From the NCBI GenBank assembly GCA_036403155.1, contig DASWRM010000010.1, positions 33,618-97,617 on the forward strand: a stretch of 64,000 bases of DNA, read 5' to 3'. The notes under the pieces are model-generated. The model was not told where the DNA came from, did not search any database, and saw only the letters and a list, made by a program, of their open reading frames with translations. Below, piece by piece: positions 17,752-27,021 of this stretch. A program made the translations under genes and the position numbers. Numbering within the stretch: the first letter of the stretch is position 1; every line of letters begins with the position of its first letter. The stretch is from Gaiellales bacterium (lineage in GTDB: Bacteria > Actinomycetota > Thermoleophilia > Gaiellales > JAICJC01).

Positions 17752-18725
17752 TCGAGCACCACCTTGCCGAACCGCCCGGGCTGCTCCAGCCGTTCGTGCG
17801 CCGCCGCCGCCTGCTCCAGCGGGAACACGGTGTCGACCACGGGCCGCCACTCCGCGCCGGCCACATGCGCCAGCAGGGCGTCGAACTCGCGCGGGCTGCC
17901 CATCGTCGTGCCGAGCAGGTTCCACTGTCCGTAGAACAGCGACGGCAGGTCGATCTCCGCGGTGTTTCCGGCCGTGCGGCCGAAGCTGACCAGCGTGCCG
18001 CCGCGGCGCAGGCAGCGAAGCGCTCCCGCCCAGGCCGGGGTGCCGGCGCTGTCCACGATCAGGTCGACCTCGCCCACCTGCTCCGCCCAGTCCGCATCGG
18101 TGTAGCGCACTCCGCTGTCTGCACCCAGCTCGATCGCGTGGTCGATGGTCGCGTCGCTCGACGAGGTGACGACCACGTCGGCGCCGTGCGCGCGGGCGAT
18201 CTGGATCAGGAAGGTCGCCGCCCCGCCGCCGGCCCCCGTGATCAGCACCCGCATGCCTGGCTCCACTCGCCCGCGCGTCACCAGTGCCCGCCACGCTGTC
18301 AGGCCGGCCAGCGGCAGGGCTGCGGACTCGTGCCAGGTGAGGCGCTGCGGTCGTGGCCGCACGTCGTCGGCCGGGATGGCGATGCGCTCGGCGTACGTTC
18401 CCTGGCGCGGCACGCCGAGGATCGCCCATCCCGGCGCCGGCGCATCTTCGCGGGCGCCCCAGCCGACGCTGGGATTGATGACGACCTCCTCCCCGATGTC
18501 CACGCCGGTGACGCCGTCGCCCAGCTGCGAGACCACCCCCGCACCGTCCGAGCCGAGCACGGCGCCGTGGTTTCCGGGGGCCGTCCGCTGCCAGACGTCC
18601 CGGTGGTTGAGCGCCGCGGCCACGAGGTCGACGACGACCTCGCCCGGGAGCGGCTCCGGGTCAGGAACGTCGGCGGCGACCAGATGGTCGGGGCCGCCGT
18701 GGTCGTTGAGGATGACCGCGCGCAT
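17736..18725 (-). CDS. Zinc-type alcohol dehydrogenase / quinone oxidoreductase (MDR family)
   Basis: Start at ATG 18725 (MRAVILNDHGGPDHL). GroES-like and Rossmann regions are present (VLITGAGGGAATFLIQIARAHGA). Confidence 0.85.
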
Positions 18726-18744
18726 GGCCGTATGATGCCGCGTC

Positions 18745-19794
18745 GTGCCCGTGACCAGCACCGCCTTCCGCTACCTCTCGCAGGAGGACGTCGTGGCGGC
18801 GGGCGGGCTGGACATGGCGGCGATCGTGGACGTGATCGAGCGGGCGTTCCGCGTCAAGGCAGCCGGGCAGGTGTTCATGCCGCCGAAGGTGATGATCACG
18901 TGGTCGGACGAACCGGGCACCGAGGAGACGCACGGGCGGATCATGACCATGCCCGCCTACGTCGGCGGCGAGTTCGACGTGGCCGGGCTGAAATGGATCC
19001 CCAGCGTGCCCGACAACCCTGCCCGCCGGGGGCTTCCGCGAGCGAACGCGCTCGTTCTGCTGAGTGACCGCGAGACGGGGCTGCCGCTCGCCGTCATGGA
19101 CGGCACGGTCGTGTCCGCCATGCGAACGGGCGCCGTGACGGGCGTGGCCGTCCGGCACCTTGCCCGCGGCGACGAGCGCCGCGCCTGCCTGCTGGGCGCG
19201 GGCGTGCTCGCGCACACCCAGCTCTCGGCGCTGCGGGTGGTGATGCCCTCGCTCGAGACCGTGACGGTGTACGACCCCGACCTCACCCGCGCCGAGCGGT
19301 TCTGCCGCGGGCAGTCACACGAGACGGGGCTCGACGTTCGCCGCTGCGAGTCGGCCGAGCAGGCCGTCCGCGGCGCCCAGGTCATCGTCCCGGCGACGAT
19401 GGCGGTCGAGCCGACGTTCGACCCCGGTTGGCTGGACGAGGGCGTCACCATCGTGCTCGTCTCGAGCCTCGACGGGCCGACCGGCCTTCACGCCCTCACG
19501 GATCTGCTCGTGGTCGACGACTGGGAGCACGAGTCGACCCATTCCGGCCGCTACGCGGAGCGGCTCGTGGCGGAGGGCCTGACCCCGGCCGACGGATCGG
19601 GTGCGGTCGAGCTGGCCGCGGTGGTGGCGGGAAGCCACCCGGGACGCACCGCTGCCGCTCAGCGCGTCGTCGTCTCGCCCGTGGGGTTGGCGATGGACGA
19701 CATCACGACGGCCCACCACGTGCTGCAGAACGCCGATCGCCTCGGCATCGGCACCGAGCTGCGGCTGCGCTCGGGGCCCCCCGTGTGGGAGTAG
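18745..19794 (+). CDS. Ornithine cyclodeaminase / mu-crystallin family protein
   Basis: The length and pattern (FRYLSQEDVVAAGGLDM ... AMRTGAVTGVA ... LGAGVLAHTQL) are typical of the OCD/mu-crystallin family. Confidence 0.75.
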   Translation: MPVTSTAFRYLSQEDVVAAGGLDMAAIVDVIERAFRVKAAGQVFMPPKVMITWSDEPGTEETHGRIMTMPAYVGGEFDVAGLKWIPSVPDNPARRGLPRANALVLLSDRETGLPLAVMDGTVVSAMRTGAVTGVAVRHLARGDERRACLLGAGVLAHTQLSALRVVMPSLETVTVYDPDLTRAERFCRGQSHETGLDVRRCESAEQAVRGAQVIVPATMAVEPTFDPGWLDEGVTIVLVSSLDGPTGLHALTDLLVVDDWEHESTHSGRYAERLVAEGLTPADGSGAVELAAVVAGSHPGRTAAAQRVVVSPVGLAMDDITTAHHVLQNADRLGIGTELRLRSGPPVWE

Positions 19795-19795
19795 G

Positions 19796-20473
19796 TCAGG
19801 CCGGCGGTGTCGCTTCGCCGCCCGCGGTGACGGGCACGGGCTCGGCTCCGGATGCGGACGCCAGCTCGTCGATCCGGTGCTGCGTCTGGATCGGCAGCTG
19901 GACGAACTGGCAGCCGACCCGCCAGCGGCCGAAGGCCATACGGGACGCCTGCATCGCGACCAGCTCACCGAGCACGCGGATCCCGTGCACGGAGGTGTCG
20001 ATCTCGAGCCGGTCGCCGACCTCGAGCGGCGTCTCGAGGCTCACGCCGACTCCGCTGGACGAGATGTCGAGCAGCCGTCCGAGCAGCCGCGTGCCGGGCG
20101 GCATTGAGGACGCGCTCACCGTTCGCAGCGTCGCGGTGCAGTCGGTGGCCACGCGGTCCTTCAGGCGGTAGGGCTTGCGCCGGAGGACTTCGTCCACGTG
20201 CAGCATGGCGCCGCTCTCCAGCCCGCCCAGGAAGTACACCTCCCTGATCGTGCAGCCGACCGAGTACCCGCCGCGCTCCTCCTTCTCGATGGGGATCGTG
20301 AGCTTGACGCCCTTCTCGGCGTCGAGTGAGGAAAGTGAGCCGTACAGCTCGCCGTCGCGCACCTCGAGCAGCGACAGGCGGAGCTGACCACCGTCATCGC
20401 GCACGCAGCTGACGTCGTGGGGCAGCTCGGGAAGCACGCCGAGGGCGATCGTGAGCCAGTCGGTCTGGGACAT
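19796..20473 (-). CDS. PilZ-domain protein (c-di-GMP receptor-like), paralog 1
   Basis: Start re-set to ATG 20473 (MSQTDWLTIALGVLPELPHDV). The PilZ motifs are RRKPYR (RxxxR) and DISSSG (DxSxxG). An N-terminal domain of about 100 aa is shared with paralog 2. Confidence 0.8.
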   Translation of the reverse strand: MSQTDWLTIALGVLPELPHDVSCVRDDGGQLRLSLLEVRDGELYGSLSSLDAEKGVKLTIPIEKEERGGYSVGCTIREVYFLGGLESGAMLHVDEVLRRKPYRLKDRVATDCTATLRTVSASSMPPGTRLLGRLLDISSSGVGVSLETPLEVGDRLEIDTSVHGIRVLGELVAMQASRMAFGRWRVGCQFVQLPIQTQHRIDELASASGAEPVPVTAGGEATPPA

Positions 20474-20563
20474 CCTGTGCAGAGGTATCGGCACCGGGCC
20501 GTGTCGCTTGATGCCGTCGAAACCGCTCCAGTTTCGCCGCGCCGCCGCCGATTATCCCGACGT

Positions 20564-21229
20564 ATGACGGATCAGACCCCAGCTGAGCTCGCGGAGCTGA
20601 GCGTTTCCGTGCTGCCCGCGCTGCCGCACGGGGTGACATCCCCGCTTCCGGACGACCCGGCCCGCACCGAGCCGGTCGTCCTCGAGGCACTGGAAGGTGA
20701 GCTGTTCGTCGCGCGCTGGCAGTCCGTCCAGCCGGATATCGGCACCGAGCGCGAGCTCCGCCTGACCGGTCAGCACGCGGTCTACCTGCTCACCGTCGAG
20801 GTGGCCGCCCACGGGCCGGACTCCGGCTCTCGCCTGCTTCGTGTCACGAATCTTCGGCGCAGGCGTCAGCGGCGCGCGGCTCCGAGGGCGGAGGTGCGCG
20901 ACCTGGTCCTGGTTACGACCGACCGCGACGTCGATGCGGAGCTGGTCGACGTCTCCTCAGGCGGCGTCGCGTTCATCCTCGACCGGCCGCTCCAGGTGGA
21001 AGAGGTGATCCGCGCGGTCCTGAACGTCCACGGCCGCGTCATGCCGACCGAGGCGTGCGTCAAGCAGGTCACGAGCGTTGCCGACGGCTACCGGATCGGC
21101 TGCGTCTTTACCGAGATCTCGGATGCCCATCGTGCCGAGCTCGGCAGGCACGCCGCGCTCAACCCGGTCGACCGCCGCACGCAGACCGGTGACCGCAGCC
21201 TGCGCGACCGGCTGTTCCTCTCGGACTAG
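20564..21229 (+). CDS. PilZ-domain protein (c-di-GMP receptor-like), paralog 2
   Basis: Start at ATG 20564 (MTDQTPAELAELSVSVLPALPHGV). The PilZ motifs are RRRRQRR (RxxxR) and DVSSGG (DxSxxG). Confidence 0.8.
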   Translation: MTDQTPAELAELSVSVLPALPHGVTSPLPDDPARTEPVVLEALEGELFVARWQSVQPDIGTERELRLTGQHAVYLLTVEVAAHGPDSGSRLLRVTNLRRRRQRRAAPRAEVRDLVLVTTDRDVDAELVDVSSGGVAFILDRPLQVEEVIRAVLNVHGRVMPTEACVKQVTSVADGYRIGCVFTEISDAHRAELGRHAALNPVDRRTQTGDRSLRDRLFLSD

Positions 21230-21297
21230 CGCCCGCGCGGCCGGGTTGCCGGGCAGCCGGCTGTTCGCCGAGTGGGCCGCGCCTAGCATGCTCGCCG

Positions 21298-22497
21298 GTG
21301 CGCAACGTCATCCTCACCACCGCCGACGGCCGCCGGTTCCTGTTCGCGCAGCTGATGGACTCCCTGGGCGCCGGCCTCTCGTCCGTCGTCCTGCCGTGGC
21401 TGGTGCTGGACGCGGGAGGATCGGGAGCCGAGGCCGGGGCGGCGTTCCTCGTCAGCACCGTCCCCTACGTCCTGCTTGGACTGCCCGCCGGTGATGTCGG
21501 CGACAGGCGGCCGCGCCGGCGGGTGATGGAGGTCGGCGTCGCCTGCCAGCTGGCGGCCGCCCTCGTCATCCCCCTGACGGTGGTGGCCGGCGTGCAGGCG
21601 CATGAGCTGCCGCTGGTCCTCATCTACGCGGCGGGCTTCGGTGTCACCGCCGGCCGCGTATTCGTCGACGCTGCGGCGTTCGGGGCCATCGCCCGGCTGG
21701 TCGGCGAGGGTCACTTCGTGGAGGGTCAGGCCGCGCTGTCGTTCGTCTGGTCGCTCGGATTTCTGATCGGGCCGGCCATCGGGGGAGCGCTGATCGGCCT
21801 GGTCGGAGCCGACGACGCGCTGTGGGTGCAGGCGGCCGGATTCCTGCTCGCGCTCGTGCTGATCGCCTCCATGAGGGTCGACCTGGGCCCCGGCGATGAG
21901 CGGCCCACCGGCCGCACCGGCCTGGTCTCCGGCTTGATGCTGGTTGCCCGCCACCCGATGCTTCGGGTGCTGACGGCGGTCGGGATGGCGTGGAACCTGA
22001 CCGTCAACATGATCTATGCGCTGCTGGTCGTGTTCGCGCGGGCCGAGCTCGGCGCCGGCGGGCCGGAGACCGGGTGGATGCTTGCGGTGGGCGGCGGCGC
22101 GGGGCTGCTCGGCGGGCTGACCGCCCCCGCAATCCATCGGCGAATCGGCGCTGCCAACGCGCTGCGCGGTGGTCTGCTTGCCAGCGCGGCGGGCTCCGTG
22201 CTGCTCGCGCTCTCGACGAACGTCTGGGAGGGGACGGTCGCGTTCGCCGCGGTGGAGGCGGCCGGTCTGCTGTTCGTGACGCTGCTGATCGGCGAGCGCC
22301 AGACGGTGGCGCGGCCTCACGAACAGGCGCGCGTCGGCATCACCGGGCGCATGGCCGCCCTGCTCGCATCGAGCCTCGGCGCCCTGGCGGCAAGCGCGCT
22401 GGTTCTCCATATGCGGCCGTCGGCCGTGTTCGCCATCTCGGCGGGCGGGACGGTGCTGGTCGCGCTAGCGGGGCAGCGGCTGCTCGGCCGCATCTGA
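21298..22497 (+). CDS. MFS transporter
   Basis: A 12-TM-like profile with a typical MFS N-terminus (FLFAQLMDSLGAGLSSVVLPWLVL). Confidence 0.8.
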   Translation: MRNVILTTADGRRFLFAQLMDSLGAGLSSVVLPWLVLDAGGSGAEAGAAFLVSTVPYVLLGLPAGDVGDRRPRRRVMEVGVACQLAAALVIPLTVVAGVQAHELPLVLIYAAGFGVTAGRVFVDAAAFGAIARLVGEGHFVEGQAALSFVWSLGFLIGPAIGGALIGLVGADDALWVQAAGFLLALVLIASMRVDLGPGDERPTGRTGLVSGLMLVARHPMLRVLTAVGMAWNLTVNMIYALLVVFARAELGAGGPETGWMLAVGGGAGLLGGLTAPAIHRRIGAANALRGGLLASAAGSVLLALSTNVWEGTVAFAAVEAAGLLFVTLLIGERQTVARPHEQARVGITGRMAALLASSLGALAASALVLHMRPSAVFAISAGGTVLVALAGQRLLGRI

Positions 22498-22659
22498 GGG
22501 CGCACGATCCTTCGACCGCTGGGCGTGCCACTCGGCCAGTTCCTCGTCCGAGAGGTGCGCGGGCGGCAGGCGCCTGACATAGAGGGCGAAGCGGGTGAGG
22601 AACGCCAGGCCGATCAGCGGCGCGAGGATGTGCGGCAGGTGGGTGAGGATCAGGCGCAT
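22465..22659 (-). CDS. Small single-TM protein (64 aa), unknown function
   Basis: Third-position GC is very high throughout. One hydrophobic helix is followed by a charged tail. Its 3' end overlaps the convergent MFS gene by 33 nt. Confidence 0.4.
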   Translation of the reverse strand: MRLILTHLPHILAPLIGLAFLTRFALYVRRLPPAHLSDEELAEWHAQRSKDRAPSDAAEQPLPR

Positions 22660-22736
22660 GACCTGCTCGCATCATGCCACGCGGCCGGGACCCGCAACCA
22701 TCCTGCGAGCCGGGACACACGCGGCGCAGGTCGGCT

Positions 22737-22765
22737 TTGCCCTCGTCTCCCCACTTCCCTAGAAT
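22737..22765 (+). promoter_or_regulatory. Promoter-like TTGCCC-N17-TAGAAT upstream of oxidase operon 1
   Basis: Read from the sequence, about 50 nt upstream of the coxB1 TTG start. Confidence 0.4.
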
Positions 22766-22815
22766 GCGCCGGCGGCGCCTCAGCCCGGGGCGACGGCCGG
22801 TCGAGGGAGACAGCT

Positions 22816-23547
22816 TTGTCTGCATTCAAGGTTGGGATCGTCTCGGTGATCGTGGGCGCGATCGGAACGGTCGCCATCCTCGTCACTCCCTCATGGTTCC
22901 CCGTCGCGGCCGCCACCCAGGCCGACCGTCAGGACGCGCTCTACCTGGCCCTGATGATCATGTCCGCGTTCATCATGGCGATCGTCACGACGTTCCTGGT
23001 GTACTCGGTCTGGCGCTTCCGCGCGCGGCCGGGCGACGAGGACCGGGACGGCCCACCGCTGCACGGCAACACGACGCTCGAGATCGTCTGGACGGTGGTC
23101 CCGACGATCCTGGTGGTCGCCTTCGCCATCGCGGGCGGCGTCGTGCTCGTGCGCAACGAGAAGACCTACAGCAACGAGCTGGACGTGCACGTCATCGGCC
23201 AGCAGTTCGCGTGGACGTTCTCGTACCCGAACGGCGTCAAGAGCACCGAGCTCGTGCTGGAGAAGGACCGCGCGACCCGGTTCGACATCTACTCCAAGCT
23301 GCACGACGTCATCCACTCGTTCTACGTGCCGCAGTTCCGGGTCAAGGCGGACGCGGTTCCCGGCCAGGTCAACCACACGTACGCGACGCCGACCCGCGTC
23401 GGCACGTACTCGTTGATCTGCACCGAGCTGTGCGGCCCCGGGCACTCGCTGATGCGGGCGCCGGTACGGGTGCTGTCGCACAACGACTTCGAGCAGTGGC
23501 TCTCGCAGCAGCAGAGCCAGCAGTCATCGACCCAGGGAGGGGCGTAG
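22816..23547 (+). CDS. ctaC: Cytochrome c oxidase subunit II (CuA), operon 1
   Basis: Start re-set to TTG 22816, preceded by GAGGGAGA. It has two N-terminal TM helices and the CuA site CTELCGPGHSLM. There is no CxxCH haem-c motif. Confidence 0.85.
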   Translation: MSAFKVGIVSVIVGAIGTVAILVTPSWFPVAAATQADRQDALYLALMIMSAFIMAIVTTFLVYSVWRFRARPGDEDRDGPPLHGNTTLEIVWTVVPTILVVAFAIAGGVVLVRNEKTYSNELDVHVIGQQFAWTFSYPNGVKSTELVLEKDRATRFDIYSKLHDVIHSFYVPQFRVKADAVPGQVNHTYATPTRVGTYSLICTELCGPGHSLMRAPVRVLSHNDFEQWLSQQQSQQSSTQGGA

Positions 23548-23550
23548 CCA

Positions 23551-25989
23551 ATGGCCGTCGCGCACGGAGCTGAACTGCCGGGCCACGGTCACGGTCACGG
23601 GGCGGCCGAGCGGCCGCCGCACAGCGTCTGGCTGCGGGGCAGCTGGGTGCGCGCGGTGTGGGTGTCGATGCTGTTCGCGGGGATCGCGTGCGGCATGGTG
23701 GCGCTGATCCGCCACCTGCTCGGCTTCACCGCGGTGAGCGGGCTGTCGGCCCACGAGGTGCTGCTGACGTTCGGCCTGACGTTCTGGGCGATCGGCTTCA
23801 CGGTCGGCATCGGCTGCTTCGACTACTGGTGGGGCTACCTGATCGGCAGCCATACCTGGCAGCAGGAGGATCACTCCGCCCACGGTGCGTACTCGTGGCG
23901 CGACTACTTCAAGGTGAACACCGACCACAAGGTGATCGGCGTCCAGTACCTGGTGCTGACGTTCATCTTCTTCCTGATCGGCGGCGCGCTGGCCGAGGGC
24001 GTGCGCGCCGAACTGGCGACGCCCGGCACGCAGGTGGTGTCGCCCGGCACGTACAACGGCCTGTTCTCCGCGCACGCGACGCTGATGATCTTCCTGTTCA
24101 TCATCCCGTCCTTCGCGGGCCTTGCGAACTTCGTCGTCCCGCTGATGCTGGGAGCGCAGGACATGGCCTTCCCGCGGCTGAACGCCCTGTCGTTCTGGCT
24201 GCTGCTGCCGGCGGGCCTGATCTTCCTGGCGTCGTTCCTTGTCGGCCCGTTCGACGCCGGGTGGACGAACTACGCACCGCTCTCCGAGCGCACGACAATC
24301 GGCGACACCTTCTTCACCATCGGCGTGCAGTTCGCCGGCGCCTCATCGATCGCCACGGCCGTGAACTTCCTGGTCACGATCGTCACGATGCGCGCGCCGG
24401 GCATGAGCTTCTGGCGGATGCCCTTGCTCGTGTGGGCGAACCTGGCAACGTCCTCGCTGGTCGTGCTCGGCACGCCGTTCATCGCCGGGTCGCAATTCAT
24501 GGTGCTCTACGACCGGGTGATGCACACGCACTTCTTCGACCCGGGAGAGGGCGGCAACGTCGTCCTCTACCAGCACATCTTCTGGTTCTACTCGCACCCG
24601 GCCGTCTACATCATGATGCTGCCCGGGTTCGGGATCATCAGCGAGGTGATCTCGATCCATTCGCGCAAGCCGATCTTCGGCTACCGCCTGATCGCGTTCT
24701 CGACCGTCGCGATCGGCGTGCTCGGATTCACCGTGTGGGCGCACCACATGTTCGTGTCCGGCATGGCGCCGTGGCTGCGCATCCCGATGATGGCCACCAC
24801 GATGCTGATCGCCGTGCCGACCGGAATCAAGATCTTCTCGTGGGTTGCGACGCTGTGGGACGGCGTCATCCACCTGACGACCGCCATGCTGTTCGCGCTC
24901 GGGTTCATCTTCACGTTCGTCATCGGCGGCCTGTCCGGCGTGTTCCTGGCGGTGATTCCGGTGGACGTGAACGTGTCGGATACGTACTTCGTCGTGGCGC
25001 ACATCCACTACGTGCTGTTCGGCGGCTCGGTGTTCACGATCTACGCCGGCATCTACCACTGGTTCCCGAAGATGACGGGGCGGATGTACGACGAGCGCCT
25101 GGGCCGGCTGCACTTCTGGCTGACCTTCGTCGCCTTCAACGCCACGTTCATGCCGATGCACTGGCTGGGGCTGCAGGGCATGCCGCGCCGGGTTGCGGAC
25201 TACGACCCGCGCTTCGGCGACCTCAACTTCATCATCTCCATCTTCGCGTTCATCCTCGGCGCCTCGACGCTGGTCTTCCTCTACAACATCGTCCACAGCT
25301 GGGCGCGCGGCGCGATCGCGCCGGCGAACCCCTGGCGGGCGCTGTCGCTGGAATGGCAGGTCAGCTCGCCGCCGCCGATCTTCAACTTCGACGAGCCGCC
25401 GCAGGTCGTGGGCGGGCCGTACGAGTTCGGCGTGCCGGGGGCGCGTCACGCGATCGTCACGGTGCACGAGCCGGATCCTCAGTTCGTGGGGACTGCCGGC
25501 GCCACCGCCGTGGCGACGGCCCCGGCGCCCGAGTCGCGCGAGGCCCTGCGCGGTGCGATGAAGCACATCCTGGTGGTGGCGAACCAGACGGTGGCCGGCG
25601 ATGCGCTGATCGACGCCGTGCGTGACCGTGCCGGGGGCCAGCCGGTGCGCGTGACCGTGATCTGCCCGCAGAACGACCCGAGCGGCGAGTGGGTGGTGGA
25701 TGACCGGGAGGTGGCCGAGGCCACGCGGGCGCGGCTCGATGCGACGCTTCAGCGGCTGCGCTCGGCGGGCATCGAGGCCACGGGCGGCGTCGTCGACCGC
25801 GATCCGTACACCGCCGTGATGGACGAGGTCGAGAGCGATCCGCCCGCAGAGATCATCATCTCGACGCTTCCGCAGACCCGATCCGGCTGGCTGCGGCGTG
25901 ACCTGGTCGAGCGGGTTCGGCAGGATGCCAAGATCCCCGTCCAGCACGTGGTGGTCGACGTGCGGGCGAAGCCGACGGCGGGCGCATGA
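23551..25989 (+). CDS. ctaD: Haem-copper oxidase subunit I, A2-type, with an N-terminal 2-TM extension and a C-terminal soluble USP-like domain (812 aa)
   Basis: The COX1 core runs from TDHKVIG to PWRALSLEWQVSSPPPIFNF. The motif is FYSHPAVY (YSHPxV), not GHPEV. About 100 extra N-terminal residues include GHGHGHG and two hydrophobic helices. About 190 extra C-terminal residues include MKHILVVANQTVAGDALIDAV...VTVICPQ... Confidence 0.9.
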   Translation: MAVAHGAELPGHGHGHGAAERPPHSVWLRGSWVRAVWVSMLFAGIACGMVALIRHLLGFTAVSGLSAHEVLLTFGLTFWAIGFTVGIGCFDYWWGYLIGSHTWQQEDHSAHGAYSWRDYFKVNTDHKVIGVQYLVLTFIFFLIGGALAEGVRAELATPGTQVVSPGTYNGLFSAHATLMIFLFIIPSFAGLANFVVPLMLGAQDMAFPRLNALSFWLLLPAGLIFLASFLVGPFDAGWTNYAPLSERTTIGDTFFTIGVQFAGASSIATAVNFLVTIVTMRAPGMSFWRMPLLVWANLATSSLVVLGTPFIAGSQFMVLYDRVMHTHFFDPGEGGNVVLYQHIFWFYSHPAVYIMMLPGFGIISEVISIHSRKPIFGYRLIAFSTVAIGVLGFTVWAHHMFVSGMAPWLRIPMMATTMLIAVPTGIKIFSWVATLWDGVIHLTTAMLFALGFIFTFVIGGLSGVFLAVIPVDVNVSDTYFVVAHIHYVLFGGSVFTIYAGIYHWFPKMTGRMYDERLGRLHFWLTFVAFNATFMPMHWLGLQGMPRRVADYDPRFGDLNFIISIFAFILGASTLVFLYNIVHSWARGAIAPANPWRALSLEWQVSSPPPIFNFDEPPQVVGGPYEFGVPGARHAIVTVHEPDPQFVGTAGATAVATAPAPESREALRGAMKHILVVANQTVAGDALIDAVRDRAGGQPVRVTVICPQNDPSGEWVVDDREVAEATRARLDATLQRLRSAGIEATGGVVDRDPYTAVMDEVESDPPAEIIISTLPQTRSGWLRRDLVERVRQDAKIPVQHVVVDVRAKPTAGA

Positions 25990-26606
25990 CGTCGATCGCC
26001 GCAACCCACGGCACGCCCGCGCCCGCACACGGCGACGGGCACGCCGTCTCCGCGTACCACGAGAACCTGCTGCGATCTCCGGTGTTCCTCGGCATGGTGA
26101 TGTTCATCGGGTCGGAGATCATGCTGTTCGGCTCGTTCTTCACCGCCTTCTTCTACGTGCGGTTCAGCCATGGCCACTACCCGTTCGGCGACTTCGAGAT
26201 CCCGAAGGCGACGACCGGCGTCAACACCGCGATCCTGGTTGCCTCCTCGTTCACGATGCACTGGGCGCTGGTGTCGGCCAAGCGAGGCCGTCGCCTGGGG
26301 CTCGTCCTCGGGCTCGGGATGACGCTCGTGATGGGACTCACCTTCCTCGGGCTGCAGATGCGCGAGTACCACGACCTCGGGTTCGTGCCGTCGGACGGCG
26401 CGTTCCCGACCACCTTCTTCGCGCTGACTGGCCTGCACGGCATGCACGTGTTTGTCGGCGCGACGCTGCTGACGATCGCCTTCGTCCGGTCGATCCGCGG
26501 CCATTACTCGCCGGACGCCCATCTCGGGCTCGAGGTGACCGGCCTCTACTGGCACTTCGTCGACGTGGTGTGGATCTTCCTCTACACCGTCGTCTACCTG
26601 CTCTGA
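25986..26606 (+). CDS. ctaE: Cytochrome c oxidase subunit III (5-TM form)
   Basis: COX3 signature FIGSEIMLFGSFFTAFFYVRF ... GLHGMHVFVGATLL ... YWHFVDVVWIFLY. The start forms an ATGA overlap with subunit I. Confidence 0.9.
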   Translation: MTSIAATHGTPAPAHGDGHAVSAYHENLLRSPVFLGMVMFIGSEIMLFGSFFTAFFYVRFSHGHYPFGDFEIPKATTGVNTAILVASSFTMHWALVSAKRGRRLGLVLGLGMTLVMGLTFLGLQMREYHDLGFVPSDGAFPTTFFALTGLHGMHVFVGATLLTIAFVRSIRGHYSPDAHLGLEVTGLYWHFVDVVWIFLYTVVYLL

Positions 26607-26742
26607 GCCGGGCGGGCGTGAGGCCCGCAGCGCTCAGCCGGCTCCGAGCCGGTCGGCGCACCGATGTGCAACGGCCGGCGGTGCCACAGGATCGGCAACG
26701 TTCGTGACGGCACATGCACGGGCGGGGGTGTGACGCCGGCCG

Positions 26743-27021
26743 TCACGCTTCGAGGGTGCCGCCGGGCTCCAGGTACGCCGCATCGGCGAGCTCCACCACC
26801 AGCGCCGCCCACTGGCGGTTCCGCACGTCGACGCGAACGGTGCGTCGGCCGTCCTGCTCGGGGAATGCGCCCAGCAGTGACCGCGCTCGCTCAGAGAGCC
26901 CGGTCGGTTCGGCCGCCATCACCAGCGTGACGGCCAAGTACCCCTCCCGGCGGTCGACCGACGCGCCGGGCAGCCGCGCGCACGCGCGCTCGACCTCGGC
27001 GAGGAAGGCCGGGTCGCTCAG
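26743..27021 (-). CDS. Hypothetical protein (about 92 aa); start probably CTG in a CTGA overlap
   Basis: Track ORF 26743..27066. GC3 is high only downstream of about 27021. The 5' 45 nt have low GC3 and overlap the upstream gene. I recognise no family. Confidence 0.4.
   Translation of the reverse strand: MSDPAFLAEVERACARLPGASVDRREGYLAVTLVMAAEPTGLSERARSLLGAFPEQDGRRTVRVDVRNRQWAALVVELADAAYLEPGGTLEA

Noticed and set aside
26607-26747. Short GC hairpins between the convergent oxidase operons (CCGGC-TCCGA-GCCGG; GTGACG-CCGGC-CGTCAC) as terminators.
   Set aside because: Stems of only 5-6 bp with no U-tract are common by chance at this GC content.
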